A stretch of 64,000 nucleotides of DNA from Gammaproteobacteria bacterium (GCA_963662545.2 CAXXLL010000002.1:2016001-2080000); one strand, 5' to 3'. Numbered from the stretch's first letter, positions 20,192 through 29,832 are shown. Program-made: numbers and translations. Notes: generated by a model not told the origin, from the letters alone.

Positions 20192-20613
20192 ATTTCTTAA
20201 CCAGCCTTCCGAAGAATTTCTTTGCTGCGCGAGCGTCGCGTTTCTTTCGCACAAGAAGATGAATCACATCTCCATCCTGGTCTACGGCTCTGTATAGATA
20301 TCGCTGCTGACCCTCAATCCGGACGAACACCTCATCGACGTACCAGGTATCGCCGTATCCACTGTTGCGTTTTCTGAGGCAGAATGCATATTTCGGTCCG
20401 AATTTTATGCATCAGCGACGAACCGTCTCATAAGATACTTGGATCTCTCGCTGCGCGAGCAAATCCTCGATATCACCGAAGCTTAGACTGAATCGATGAA
20501 AGAGCCAGACTGTCTATTGGATGATTTCGGGCGAGAAGCGGTGGCGGTGATATTGACTATTAGGCGCTTTCATATCGCCACTTTGCCTAATCGTCGGTTA
20601 ACGTGACTATACC
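20192..20613 (-). mobile_element. IS6-family insertion sequence remnant (truncated transposase pseudogene plus probable left IR)
   Basis: From ATG 20573: MKAPNSQYHRHRFSPEIIQ*TVWLFHRFSLSFGDIEDLLAQREIQVSYETVRR*CIKFGP...WYVDEVFVRI...YLYRAVDQDG; in-frame stops at 20514-16 and 20412-14; GGTATAGTCACGTTAA at 20598-20613 resembles an IS6 end. Confidence 0.88.
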
Positions 20614-20650
20614 TTTGAGAGTGTACACATTGAACCGGAGAGACTATTAG

Positions 20651-21412
20651 ATGACCGAGCATTGATTTGCGAACCGGGTCGCCCTGATCCTTGGCGGCAC
20701 CAGCGGCATCGGGCGTGCCGCAGCCTTGCGCTTTGCAGCCGAAGGCGCGGCGGTTGTCATCGGTGGCCGCAACGTTGACAACGGCGAGGATATATCCGAA
20801 GAAATTTGCGGGGCCAGCGGCGATGCGCTTTTCGCCCGGACCGACGTCGGCTCGCTCGAACAGGTCCAGGCCATCGTCGCCACCACGCTTGAACGCTTCG
20901 GCCGGCTCGATTGTGCGTTCAACAATGCCGGTTGGGAAGGCACGGGCAGCGCCACAGCCGACACCAGTGAAAGCGACTGGCAACGCATGATCGACATTAA
21001 ATTGAACGGCGTGTGGCGCGGCGTCCGCGAACAAATACCCGCTATGCTGAAAGGCAGCGGTGGCAGCATCGTCAACATGGCCGGCAACTGGGGCCTGGTC
21101 GGTTTTCCGAATTACGCCTCCTATTGTGCCGCCGCACACGGGGTCCTCGGCCTGACCAAGGCGGCAGCGCTCGAGTACGCGGGACAGGGGATCAGAATCA
21201 ACGCGGTGTACCCCGGCGCAGTCGATGCTCCGCTGCTGGATCGCATGGTCGGCGGCGACGCGTCGATCAAGGCCGCATTCGCCGCGGAGCTACCGGCCGG
21301 CCGGCTCGCGACCGAGGAAGATGTCGCTGAGGCCGTGTTATGGCTGGCGTCGGATGCGGCAGCTTACGTCAACGGCACGAGTATTGTTCTCGACGGTGGG
21401 GGCAAGCCGTGA
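20651..21412 (+). pseudogene. SDR oxidoreductase with in-frame TGA at codon 5
   Basis: ATG ACC GAG CAT TGA TTT GCG AAC CGG GTC GCC CTG ATC CTT GGC GGC ACC AGC GGC ATC GGG: the GGTSGIG Rossmann motif lies upstream of the track's start at 20726; GGAG RBS precedes 20651. Confidence 0.8.
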
Positions 21413-21417
21413 GGCGA

Positions 21418-21738
21418 TCAGTCGCCGTTCGGCACCTCGATCCACACGGCATCGCCGACGATCGTGACCGCATACGTATTGACCGGCACGATGCACGGTC
21501 GACCGACGGCAATGCCCGTGCGTATGTCAAAGCTGCCACCGTGAAAAGGACAGATAACAGCGTCGTTTTCCACCTCGCCCATCGACAGCAATGCACCACC
21601 GTGCGTACAGATGTCATCGATCGCGTGGAATCCATCTTCAAGATGATAGATCCCAATTGGATCCCGCCCGTCGAAGTTGATACGTTTACCCGAACCTGGC
21701 GCCACATCGGTCGTTTTGCAGACTTCAATCCTGGCCAT
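21418..21738 (-). CDS. Rieske-type ferredoxin of a ring-hydroxylating oxygenase
   Basis: DDICTHG...CPFHGGSFDIRTG; 106 aa. Confidence 0.93.
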   Translation of the reverse strand: MARIEVCKTTDVAPGSGKRINFDGRDPIGIYHLEDGFHAIDDICTHGGALLSMGEVENDAVICPFHGGSFDIRTGIAVGRPCIVPVNTYAVTIVGDAVWIEVPNGD

Positions 21739-21808
21739 GGCGCTGGCATTCTACCGCAGTGCCAGGCGCCCGAATGACGCCATCACCAGCATCCATGGAA
21801 AACGCAAA

Positions 21809-23095
21809 ATGAATGACGCTAATTCCATCGCGGCCGATCTGATCCGCCGCACCGCAGCCTACGTACCCGACGTCGAGGTGCCCGACAGCGCGGCACCGAG
21901 CGCGCAAAAGCCATGGCAAACCTGGCTCGAAGCGGAGTTCGGTTTCCGCAACCACTGGTATCCCGTCGAAGCCAGCCGCAACATCCGTGACGGTGAACAC
22001 AAGCTCGTCAAGCTGCTGGGCGAAGACATCCTGTATCTCCGACGTAAAGGCCGTCTTTTCGCGATAGAAGATCGCTGCTGCCACCGCGGCACGAGGTTTT
22101 CAGTCCGCCCGATTCATTACACCGACGATACCATCACCTGTTGGCACCACACCTTCACCTTTAATCTCGACGACGGTCACATCCGCTGCATACTGAATGA
22201 TCCTGAATCGACGCTCTGCGGTGCGCGTGGAATAAAGAGCTATCCGGTGCGCGAGGAAAAGGGGATTATTTTTACGTTCGTCGGCGACATCGAGCCGCCG
22301 CCGCTCGAATACGATGTGCCGCCGGGATTCATGGACGATAACGTCGCCATAGCGGTGGCTGACCCTTATGTCGTCAATGCGAGCTGGCGCCTGGGATGCG
22401 AAGGCGGCTACGACCCCGGACATCATTTCATTCACAACTGGTCGCGCTACTCCATCAATGCCCGCATGCCGATGTCGTTCGGTTGGGTATCGGAAACGGA
22501 ATCGTTGTTGAAAGCGACTGTGTATCAAAAGAGCGACGCGGGTCCGCGCGGGTTCACACGCTTTGCCGGCGAAACCACCATCTCCATGTCCGCGACCATT
22601 CCGGGCCGCAACGGCGATGCCGACAAGGAAGTCGTCCTGCCGATACTCAAGGGACAGACGCCACCTGAAGTCGAGGCGCTAATGCGCAGTACCCAGGAAA
22701 CCAAGGTCGGGCTGTGGATGCCCTGTGGACTCAAAGTCGATCCCTGGCCGTTTCCCGGCGTGATCCACAACGAGTATTACGTGCCGCGCGACGCGACCTC
22801 GCACCACTATTTCCAATGCGGCTGGAAAGTGTGCGAAACGGACGAAGAGCGTGAGGAATGGACCGACGGCGAATTGGGCCGGGTGCGCTGGAAAGTGCCG
22901 GTGGTCGAAGATTTCACGGTACAGGATGCCGAGGCGCGCGAAGGCATCGCCAAATTCTATGCCGAAGAAGACGGCTGGGAGCAGGAGCAGCTCGCGCGGG
23001 CCGACATCGAATTGCTGATGTGGCGCGTGTTTGCCGGGGACACCTGCCGCGGGGTACAGACTATCGAACACACCAAAGGCTTGTTCAAGCGATGA
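21809..23095 (+). CDS. Rieske non-heme iron oxygenase, CarAa/OxoO-like (alpha3 type)
   Basis: GFRNHWYP, DRCCHRG...TITCWHH, PPPL..DVP, WRLGCEGGYDPGHHFIH, C-terminal QD iron-ligand region; no beta subunit adjacent. Confidence 0.88.
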   Translation: MNDANSIAADLIRRTAAYVPDVEVPDSAAPSAQKPWQTWLEAEFGFRNHWYPVEASRNIRDGEHKLVKLLGEDILYLRRKGRLFAIEDRCCHRGTRFSVRPIHYTDDTITCWHHTFTFNLDDGHIRCILNDPESTLCGARGIKSYPVREEKGIIFTFVGDIEPPPLEYDVPPGFMDDNVAIAVADPYVVNASWRLGCEGGYDPGHHFIHNWSRYSINARMPMSFGWVSETESLLKATVYQKSDAGPRGFTRFAGETTISMSATIPGRNGDADKEVVLPILKGQTPPEVEALMRSTQETKVGLWMPCGLKVDPWPFPGVIHNEYYVPRDATSHHYFQCGWKVCETDEEREEWTDGELGRVRWKVPVVEDFTVQDAEAREGIAKFYAEEDGWEQEQLARADIELLMWRVFAGDTCRGVQTIEHTKGLFKR

Positions 23096-23099
23096 TCAT

Positions 23100-23708
23100 A
23101 TGACGTCGATCCTGCATATCGATTGCAGTGCGCGAACGAGCGGATCGGTGACGCGCGCGCTCTCCGGGCGAGTCGTAGAAAACCTGCGCACGGCCGACGC
23201 GAGCGCGACGGTGACCCGACGGGATCTGACGACAATAGATCTGCCCCATGTCGACGGCGCCGTCGCGGAAGCCTTGTTCATCGACGATGAAACGCTCGAT
23301 GAACAGCAAAAGCACGCCCTCACCTTGTCCGATCTGCTGACTGGCGAACTCCTCGCCGCGGAAACGGTGGTGGCGGGTATCCCGATGTACAACTTCAGCG
23401 TGCCGTCGAGCTTCAAGGCATGGATCGATCTTGTCGTACGCCCGCGTAAGACGTTTCGCAAGGTTGCGAACGGTCAACTCGAAGGCCTTTGCCGCGGCAA
23501 ACGACTCTTTGCCTGCACGGCCGGACACGGTCAGTTCAACGGCACACCCCTCGATCACCTGCGTCCCTATCTGGAAAAAGTGTTCGGCTTCATCGGCTTC
23601 GAGGAAGTCGTTTTCTTTGACGCCGAACGCATGGCATGGGGACCGCAAGAAAAACAACGATCGATCGCCGCGGCCAGCGTGGCCATCGATGCCCATTTCG
23701 CGACGTGA
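23100..23708 (+). CDS. FMN-dependent NADH azoreductase/quinone reductase (AzoR/AcpD family)
   Basis: ILHIDCSAR..GSVTR.L, PMYNFSVPS.FKAWID, YL..VFGFIG. Confidence 0.9.
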   Translation: MTSILHIDCSARTSGSVTRALSGRVVENLRTADASATVTRRDLTTIDLPHVDGAVAEALFIDDETLDEQQKHALTLSDLLTGELLAAETVVAGIPMYNFSVPSSFKAWIDLVVRPRKTFRKVANGQLEGLCRGKRLFACTAGHGQFNGTPLDHLRPYLEKVFGFIGFEEVVFFDAERMAWGPQEKQRSIAAASVAIDAHFAT

Positions 23709-23719
23709 AGGAGAGTACC

Positions 23720-25063
23720 TTGAGCTTGAATCCAACCCCGCTGCCCTTTTCAACTGAGCAGCAAGGCTTCTACGAGGCGGCTTGCGCACAGATCGATGCT
23801 GCTCGCCTGAAACAACTCACCTTCGATCTGACCGCTATCCACAGCCCAACCGGCGCAGAGGAGGCCGCAAGCCGTTACCTCGTCGGATATATGAATGACG
23901 CGGGCCTGCCCGCCCAGTATCAGGCGGTCAGCGCGTCTAGCGGCAACTGCATCGGGCGCATCGTCGGTGACGGCACCGGCCCGACCGTTATGTTGTACGC
24001 GCCGATCGATACCCATCTCGACGCTGATCCCGATATCGATCTGCCGTGGGCGGGGCCCAGCTTGCGCGCCGATATGTTGCCGCATGCCGAAATCCATGGT
24101 GATACGGTGCTGGGCTTGGGCGCGTCCAATCCGAAATCGATGATCGCTACCTTGACGGAAGCCGCACGGTGCGTACAAGCGGCAGGGGTTCCGCTCAAGG
24201 GCGATATCCTAGTCGCTTCCTGCGGTGGTGGTATGCCTTGGATTGCGACAGAGCGCGCGCATACCGGGATCAGCAGCGGCGTCATGCACATGCTGTCGCA
24301 CGGGATCGCCGCCGACTTCGGCGTGATATTCAAACCTTGGGACGAGGTCTACTACGAACATCCCGGCATGGTCTGGTTCAAGATAACGACCTGGGGTTCG
24401 ATGGGGTATGCCGGGATCCCGCGCGGCATTCCAGAATTCCGCAGCTCCATCGTGCCCGGCGCCCGCGTCATACTCGACCTTGAGCAATGGCTTTCGGAAT
24501 ACCCGAGCGGCCACATGAGCGCGCAGATCAAACCCGAAGGCTGGATTGCCGCAGTGCGCGCCGGCTGGCCGGATAAGCCGGCCTTCCCATCGGCCGCGTG
24601 TGAGATCTATGTCGATCTGAGAACCAATCCAGACCAAAGCATGGCCGAAATCGAAGCGGAATTCGGCGCGGTCATGCGCGAGATCGTCGCCCGCCACGAT
24701 GACGTCGAGGCCACCTGGGAAACTTTCGTCACCTGTCGCGGTTCGCGCACCGAGCCCGACAATTGGATCATACAGAGTGCGTTGCGTGGCTGGGAATCGG
24801 TGCATGAACGCAGTTACCCGGGAGCCGAGATGCTGAGCGGCCAGACCGACGCGGCGACCATCTGTCAGATGGGATTACCGTTGGTGCGCATCGGCTATCC
24901 CTGGGTCGGCGACAAAGACATGCCAAAGGAATTCAGCGATGGTCTCGGTGGGATGGGCGTCGCCTTCATTCCGGATCTCATCGATCCCATGCGTCATTTG
25001 ATTTACATCCTGATCGATTCGTGTACGCGCACGCGCGAAGAAGTCGGGCTCAAACACGGCTGA
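23720..25063 (+). CDS. M20/ArgE-fold protein with degenerate metal-binding motifs
   Basis: SPTG.E, G.GPT.MLYAPIDT, GLGASNPK, GQTD; TTG start after AAGGAG. Confidence 0.7.
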   Translation: MSLNPTPLPFSTEQQGFYEAACAQIDAARLKQLTFDLTAIHSPTGAEEAASRYLVGYMNDAGLPAQYQAVSASSGNCIGRIVGDGTGPTVMLYAPIDTHLDADPDIDLPWAGPSLRADMLPHAEIHGDTVLGLGASNPKSMIATLTEAARCVQAAGVPLKGDILVASCGGGMPWIATERAHTGISSGVMHMLSHGIAADFGVIFKPWDEVYYEHPGMVWFKITTWGSMGYAGIPRGIPEFRSSIVPGARVILDLEQWLSEYPSGHMSAQIKPEGWIAAVRAGWPDKPAFPSAACEIYVDLRTNPDQSMAEIEAEFGAVMREIVARHDDVEATWETFVTCRGSRTEPDNWIIQSALRGWESVHERSYPGAEMLSGQTDAATICQMGLPLVRIGYPWVGDKDMPKEFSDGLGGMGVAFIPDLIDPMRHLIYILIDSCTRTREEVGLKHG

Positions 25064-25110
25064 CGTTGGCCGCATGAACGGCGCGCATCATTCGTAACGA
25101 GGAACTCGGC

Positions 25111-26013
25111 ATGGCTGAAGTCAAAGCACTCGGATACATCGGTTGTGATATTTCCGAACCGGCGGCCTGGCAGCGCCTACTCGAGGACGTCTTCGCGCTG
25201 GAGCTGCGTGACGAGGTTGACGACGGTGTTCAACGATACCGTATGGACGCGCAGCATCATCGGCTCGCCCTGTACGAATCCGATCGGGACGCGCTCCGCT
25301 ACATCGGCTGGGCGGTCGATACGCGCCGGGATCTCGACGATCTGGGCGCCTCTCTGACCACCAAGGGCATCGAAGTGGAACGTGGGGATGCGGAGCTCTG
25401 CGCCGAGCGCTCGGTCATGGATTTGATCGTAGTTGAAGGACCCGACGGGGTGCGAATCGAAGTGTTTTTCGGTCCCGTCCAGGAGGCCAAGCCGTTCACG
25501 CCCAAGCGTGGCATGGCAGGATACAACACGGGCCTACTCGGTATGGGGCACGTGGTCTTGTCGACGGGCGATCGGGAAGCCACAGCGCAGTGGTACCAGG
25601 ACATGCTGGGTTTTCGCCTGAGTGATCACATCTTCTGGGACGGTATCGAAGCGACTTTCCTGCATTGTAATCCCCGGCATCATTCGCTCGCCTTCACCAA
25701 CCTCTTCGGTGATTTACAGGGCGGCGAACTCGGCCATTTCATGCTCGAATCGACGTCGCTGGACGACGTCGGGCGCGCCTATGACGTGGTCGGCAGCCAG
25801 GGGTTCCCGGTGGCCATGACCCTGGGCCGACACACCAACGACCAGACGACCTCGTTTTACGTCTACAGCCCCTCGGGCTGGTGGATCGAATACGGCTACG
25901 GCGGGCGCACCATCGACGACGCGGTATGGGAACCCGGGTTTTATAATTCGCCCAAGATCTGGGGCCACGAAATGATGCCGCCGCCGAGTAAGGCGGGAAA
26001 CGCGGGAAGCTGA
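25111..26013 (+). CDS. Type I (VOC) extradiol dioxygenase, BphC/HsaC-like
   Basis: LGYIG, GMGHVVL, FLHCNPRHHSLA, HFMLE, LGRHTND...SFY..SPSG..IEYG, WGH. Confidence 0.94.
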   Translation: MAEVKALGYIGCDISEPAAWQRLLEDVFALELRDEVDDGVQRYRMDAQHHRLALYESDRDALRYIGWAVDTRRDLDDLGASLTTKGIEVERGDAELCAERSVMDLIVVEGPDGVRIEVFFGPVQEAKPFTPKRGMAGYNTGLLGMGHVVLSTGDREATAQWYQDMLGFRLSDHIFWDGIEATFLHCNPRHHSLAFTNLFGDLQGGELGHFMLESTSLDDVGRAYDVVGSQGFPVAMTLGRHTNDQTTSFYVYSPSGWWIEYGYGGRTIDDAVWEPGFYNSPKIWGHEMMPPPSKAGNAGS

Positions 26014-26018
26014 AGACG

Positions 26019-26888
26019 ATGAGTCAATCGATCTGGAACTATTTGCAGGGCGTCGAGTTCAAGCAGACCTACTACGACGCCAACGGCGTTAGCACCCGCG
26101 CGATCGAAGCGGGCCAGGGCCCGGTATTGATCCTCCTGCACGGGACCGGCGGGCATGCAGAAGCCTACCTCAAGAACATCGAGGCGCACGCACGGCACTT
26201 TCACGTCTACGCCATCGACATGGTCGGCCACGGCTACAGCGATGCCCCCGACATTTCGTATGACATGCAATGTTACGTCGATTTCATGCGCGACTTCCTG
26301 GATGCCATCGGTGCCGACAAAGCCTTCATATCGGGCGAGTCTCTGGGCGCGACCGTGGCATCGTGGTTTGCTCTGGCCCATCCGGAGCGCATCGACAAAA
26401 TCGTCATGAACACGGGCATGATGCTACCGCCCGACGATCAAGGCGCCAAAGATCTTCAAGTACTACTCGAGCGTACCCGCGCCGCGACCGGAACACCTGA
26501 TCGCGAAGCCATCCGCCACCGGATCCGCTGGCTCATGCACCGCGAGGAAGACATCACCGACGAGCTGGTGGAAGTGCGTTTTCAGATTTACCAACAGGAC
26601 GGCCGTGCTACCGTAATGCGCAAGATTGCCGAACAGAGTATCGGCGCCCTGCTCGATCCGACCGAGCAGAAAAAGTGGTTCCACCCGGATCTTCTACGCC
26701 AGCTTGCGTGCCCGACACTCGTGCTGTGGACCCGCTATAACCCGGGGCAATTCGTACCGCTCGCGGAAGAAGGCGCAAGTCTGATCCCGGATAGCGAACT
26801 GGTCGTGCTCGAGAACAGCGCCCACTGGCCGCAATGGGAAGAACCCGAGGCGTTCAATACGGCTCACCTCGACTTTCTTCTGCGCTGA
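26019..26888 (+). CDS. Alpha/beta hydrolase, meta-cleavage product hydrolase-like
   Basis: LLHGTGGHAE, GESLG nucleophile elbow, AHWPQWE; directly follows the extradiol dioxygenase. Confidence 0.88.
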   Translation: MSQSIWNYLQGVEFKQTYYDANGVSTRAIEAGQGPVLILLHGTGGHAEAYLKNIEAHARHFHVYAIDMVGHGYSDAPDISYDMQCYVDFMRDFLDAIGADKAFISGESLGATVASWFALAHPERIDKIVMNTGMMLPPDDQGAKDLQVLLERTRAATGTPDREAIRHRIRWLMHREEDITDELVEVRFQIYQQDGRATVMRKIAEQSIGALLDPTEQKKWFHPDLLRQLACPTLVLWTRYNPGQFVPLAEEGASLIPDSELVVLENSAHWPQWEEPEAFNTAHLDFLLR

Positions 26889-26959
26889 GAAGGACCCTGC
26901 GGCCTTCGGGACGATAAGCAGGAGAAAATGGTTCGGGCGCGGGCGTTCTCTGCGTGAGA

Positions 26960-27172
26960 AAAAGGGGTCAAGTCTTCACTTTATACAAGTCCGACCAAAC
27001 GGCATTTTAAACGTTCGACAACAAGACGAAGATTTGGGTCTTCGAACACTCATAGAATTCGCCGAGCAGATCGAAAAAATAGTGACAATGCAGGTCGTCG
27101 CTCGGGAATTATCGCGCGTGCTCGCGGCCTCGGCTTGTTCGAGTTGTAGTAAGTGAAGACTTGACCCCTTTT
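26960..27172. repeat. 213-bp MITE/REPIN-like element with perfect 22-bp terminal inverted repeats
   Basis: AAAAGGGGTCAAGTCTTCACTT (26960-26981) is the exact reverse complement of AAGTGAAGACTTGACCCCTTTT (27151-27172); non-coding interior. Confidence 0.85.
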
Positions 27173-27182
27173 GAGCTAGGTG

Positions 27183-27971
27183 TCATTCGCCCTTGAATTG
27201 CGGATCCGATTTGTTTAGATATGCTTGCGCCGCCGCTTTCTGGTCGGCAGTCGTCTGCGTCAACAGGTTTTGATCCGCATCCATGTGCATGAGGGCGAGG
27301 TCGAGTGCGCCGGTGATCTGATTGACGCTGCGTTTAATCATCTGGGCGGCAATCGGAGATTTTTCGGCGTAGGTCGCGGCGAATGCTTCCGCCTGTTCGC
27401 GCAGCCGTTCAGGCTCGGCGATGCTTTCCAACAGACCCCAGGCCAGCAGGGTATCGGCGTCGACGCGTTCGCCGCCGATCACGAGGCGCTTGGCCCGCGT
27501 CGGCCCAACGAGATGGATGGTCAACGGCAGGCTCTGCCACATGAGGTTGAGACCAAGATTGATCTCGGGGTATTGAATGAAGCAGTCCGATGCGCCGACA
27601 CGAAAATCCATCGCGGTGACGAGACACGCGCCGCCGCCCAGCGCGCCGCCATTCCAGGCGCCGATCGTGATCTGATCGATACCCAGGATCGCGTGCAGGG
27701 CACGCGCGCCGATGCGAAAACGGCGGCGCTTTAGCACCATGGGCGGCTCAGCTTCGTTGCTCCAGTCAGTGAGATCGGCGCCGGAGGAAAAATGCCGGCC
27801 GGCGCCAGTGAAGATGACGACTCGCGTGTCCGCGTCATCCCGGAAAGACAGCGCGCAGGCCTCGATTTCAGCGAGGTGCTCGTAATTCAAGGCGTTCGCT
27901 CGCTCGGGACGGTTCAGGGTGACGAAGGCGATGTGATTGCGCTTTTCGATTTGGAGATGCTGGTAGGTCAT
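27183..27971 (-). CDS. Enoyl-CoA hydratase/isomerase family protein
   Basis: LNRPERANAL, FSSGADL, GGALGGG, PEINLG; start set at MTYQHL. Confidence 0.9.
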   Translation of the reverse strand: MTYQHLQIEKRNHIAFVTLNRPERANALNYEHLAEIEACALSFRDDADTRVVIFTGAGRHFSSGADLTDWSNEAEPPMVLKRRRFRIGARALHAILGIDQITIGAWNGGALGGGACLVTAMDFRVGASDCFIQYPEINLGLNLMWQSLPLTIHLVGPTRAKRLVIGGERVDADTLLAWGLLESIAEPERLREQAEAFAATYAEKSPIAAQMIKRSVNQITGALDLALMHMDADQNLLTQTTADQKAAAQAYLNKSDPQFKGE

Positions 27972-27975
27972 GGCG

Positions 27976-28863
27976 CTATGTGAAAATGGCACCGGCCAGG
28001 TCTTCTATCTCCAAGAGCATTTCTTTCTCGTCCATGGCGAAGGGGAAAATGACCGCACCGTCGGCACCTGCCTTGGCCATCTCCGCCAATTCCGATCGAG
28101 TCCGGCATGCGCCGGGCGTACCGAAGATCGTGATCTTGAGCTGCTTCGGATCGCGGTTAAAGACATTCGCGAATTTCGTGATCTCGGCCCGACCATCGGC
28201 GATTTCCTGCGGATCGGCGGTGAAGGGCAGCCAGCCCTCACCCCATTGCGCAACCCGTCGGAAGACCCGCGGATTCGCGATACTGCCAAGCAGAACCGGC
28301 GGGTGCGGATCCTGCGCCGGTCTCGGCTTGCAGATGACCGGTGGAAAATCATAATACTTGCCGTGATGTTCGACATATTCCCCGGTCCACAATGTCTTCA
28401 TTACCTGAATCGCTTCCTTGACCTGCGTCCAGCGGTGTTCGAAATCACCACCCATGACCGTGCATTCGGGTTCGTTCCAACCGGCACCGATACCATACTG
28501 GAAGCGTCCGCCCGAATAATGGTCTAGCGATGCGATCTCGATCGCCGCGTTGATGGGGTTTCGTTCGGGCACGAGCGCGACGCCCGTGCCGAGCGCGATG
28601 GTCGAGGTGACGGATGAAGCGCGCGCCAACGCGATCAGCGGATCGGGCATCTTGAACAGATACTCCGGCGTCGGCTCTCCCGGCTCCTTGGCCGGATAAA
28701 CATCGTCGGAACCCTTCGGGATCACAGCGTGCTCGGGCACCCAGTACGATGCGAACCCGAGTTCCTCGGCGCGTTTCGCAATGACGGCTGGGTCGCCGCC
28801 TTGACGGTCACACAGCGCTTGAGCGATACCGACGCCCATCCCATTCACGTTTTTAGTTGCCAT
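27976..28863 (-). CDS. LLM-class oxidoreductase, probable F420-dependent (Rv2161c-like)
   Basis: AEELGF.S.WVPEH, PDPLIAL, LGTGV, LD..SGGR...GIGAGW..PE, PVLLG. Confidence 0.88.
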   Translation of the reverse strand: MATKNVNGMGVGIAQALCDRQGGDPAVIAKRAEELGFASYWVPEHAVIPKGSDDVYPAKEPGEPTPEYLFKMPDPLIALARASSVTSTIALGTGVALVPERNPINAAIEIASLDHYSGGRFQYGIGAGWNEPECTVMGGDFEHRWTQVKEAIQVMKTLWTGEYVEHHGKYYDFPPVICKPRPAQDPHPPVLLGSIANPRVFRRVAQWGEGWLPFTADPQEIADGRAEITKFANVFNRDPKQLKITIFGTPGACRTRSELAEMAKAGADGAVIFPFAMDEKEMLLEIEDLAGAIFT

Positions 28864-28981
28864 TGAATCCTCCTCGGTTCGCGGTCATTTGACCAACACC
28901 TCGACTAGGGCTGTGATTGCACGACGAAATAGTTCGGAGTGCAACTCGGAGCCGTCTGCGGACTGCAATGGAGAAATAGAT

Positions 28982-29665
28982 TTACACCAGCCGATCGGCC
29001 AGTTCTGTGATCGACTTCAACACTAGATCCGGTGTGTGCTCGGTCCGGCCGAACGGCCGATCGCGGCGATCGATGAAAGCCGCATGCATGCCGGCGGCTT
29101 TCGCACCGATGCAATCGAAGGCGTGATTGGCTACATGCATTACCTGATCGGGCGCTATGCCGAGCTTTTCGCAGGCTGTTTCATAGCTACGGCGATGGGG
29201 TTTGAAGCAGCCGGCTTCCTCGACGGAAATCGTGTGATCGAAAGGAAAGTCGATATAGGGTTTGGCCGCTTCCAGCATGTCGCGATCGCCATTGGAGAAT
29301 ATCGCGAGCGGGTAGCGCTCCGCCAGGCGCTTTAGAGCCGCTCGTACCTCCGGGAAAGGTTGCAATCGTTCGATGGCGCACACCAGGATTCGCACCTCTT
29401 CGTCAGTGAATTCAATGCCGGCACGCTCCATCGTGTAGGCCACGGCGCGATGGCCGATCTCCCGGTAGGACGTGTGGCCACGATCGCACAGGGAATCGAT
29501 CATCGAATTCTCAAAGTGCGCCCGCCGCCACCAGGTGACGAAGCGATTGGGATCACCCTCCCAGGATTTGCCCGCGAGAAACGGTGTCACGAACTCGACC
29601 AAGCCGGCCTGCATGTCGACGATGGTGCCGTATTGATCGAAAGTCAGGATCTGTATCTTTCCCAC
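28982..29665 (-). CDS. Haloacid dehalogenase type II
   Basis: FDQYGT, WR, SNG, FKP, VANHAFD..GA motifs of L-2-haloacid dehalogenases. Confidence 0.88.
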   Translation of the reverse strand: MGKIQILTFDQYGTIVDMQAGLVEFVTPFLAGKSWEGDPNRFVTWWRRAHFENSMIDSLCDRGHTSYREIGHRAVAYTMERAGIEFTDEEVRILVCAIERLQPFPEVRAALKRLAERYPLAIFSNGDRDMLEAAKPYIDFPFDHTISVEEAGCFKPHRRSYETACEKLGIAPDQVMHVANHAFDCIGAKAAGMHAAFIDRRDRPFGRTEHTPDLVLKSITELADRLV

Positions 29666-29771
29666 CTTGATTTACCGTCAGCCACGAAGCGAGTTTGAAG
29701 GGCCTGCACTATACCAAGCACGCCGAGAATCGGGAGAAACCACCTAAAACAGTCATGGAAACGGCACCGCC

Positions 29772-29800
29772 TTGACACCCGCAAACCGCCCGCGTAGGTT
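29772..29800 (+). promoter_or_regulatory. Putative sigma70 promoter for the LLM array
   Basis: TTGACA-17 nt-TAGGTT, followed by AGGAGG RBS at 29821. Confidence 0.6.
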
Positions 29801-29832
29801 GGCGCCGGCACTGAATCCCCAGGAGGACCTGC

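Noticed and set aside
20663-20665. In-frame TGA as selenocysteine or alternative genetic code
   Set aside because: The position is not a catalytic Cys site, no sel genes are present, and many genes here use TGA as a normal stop.
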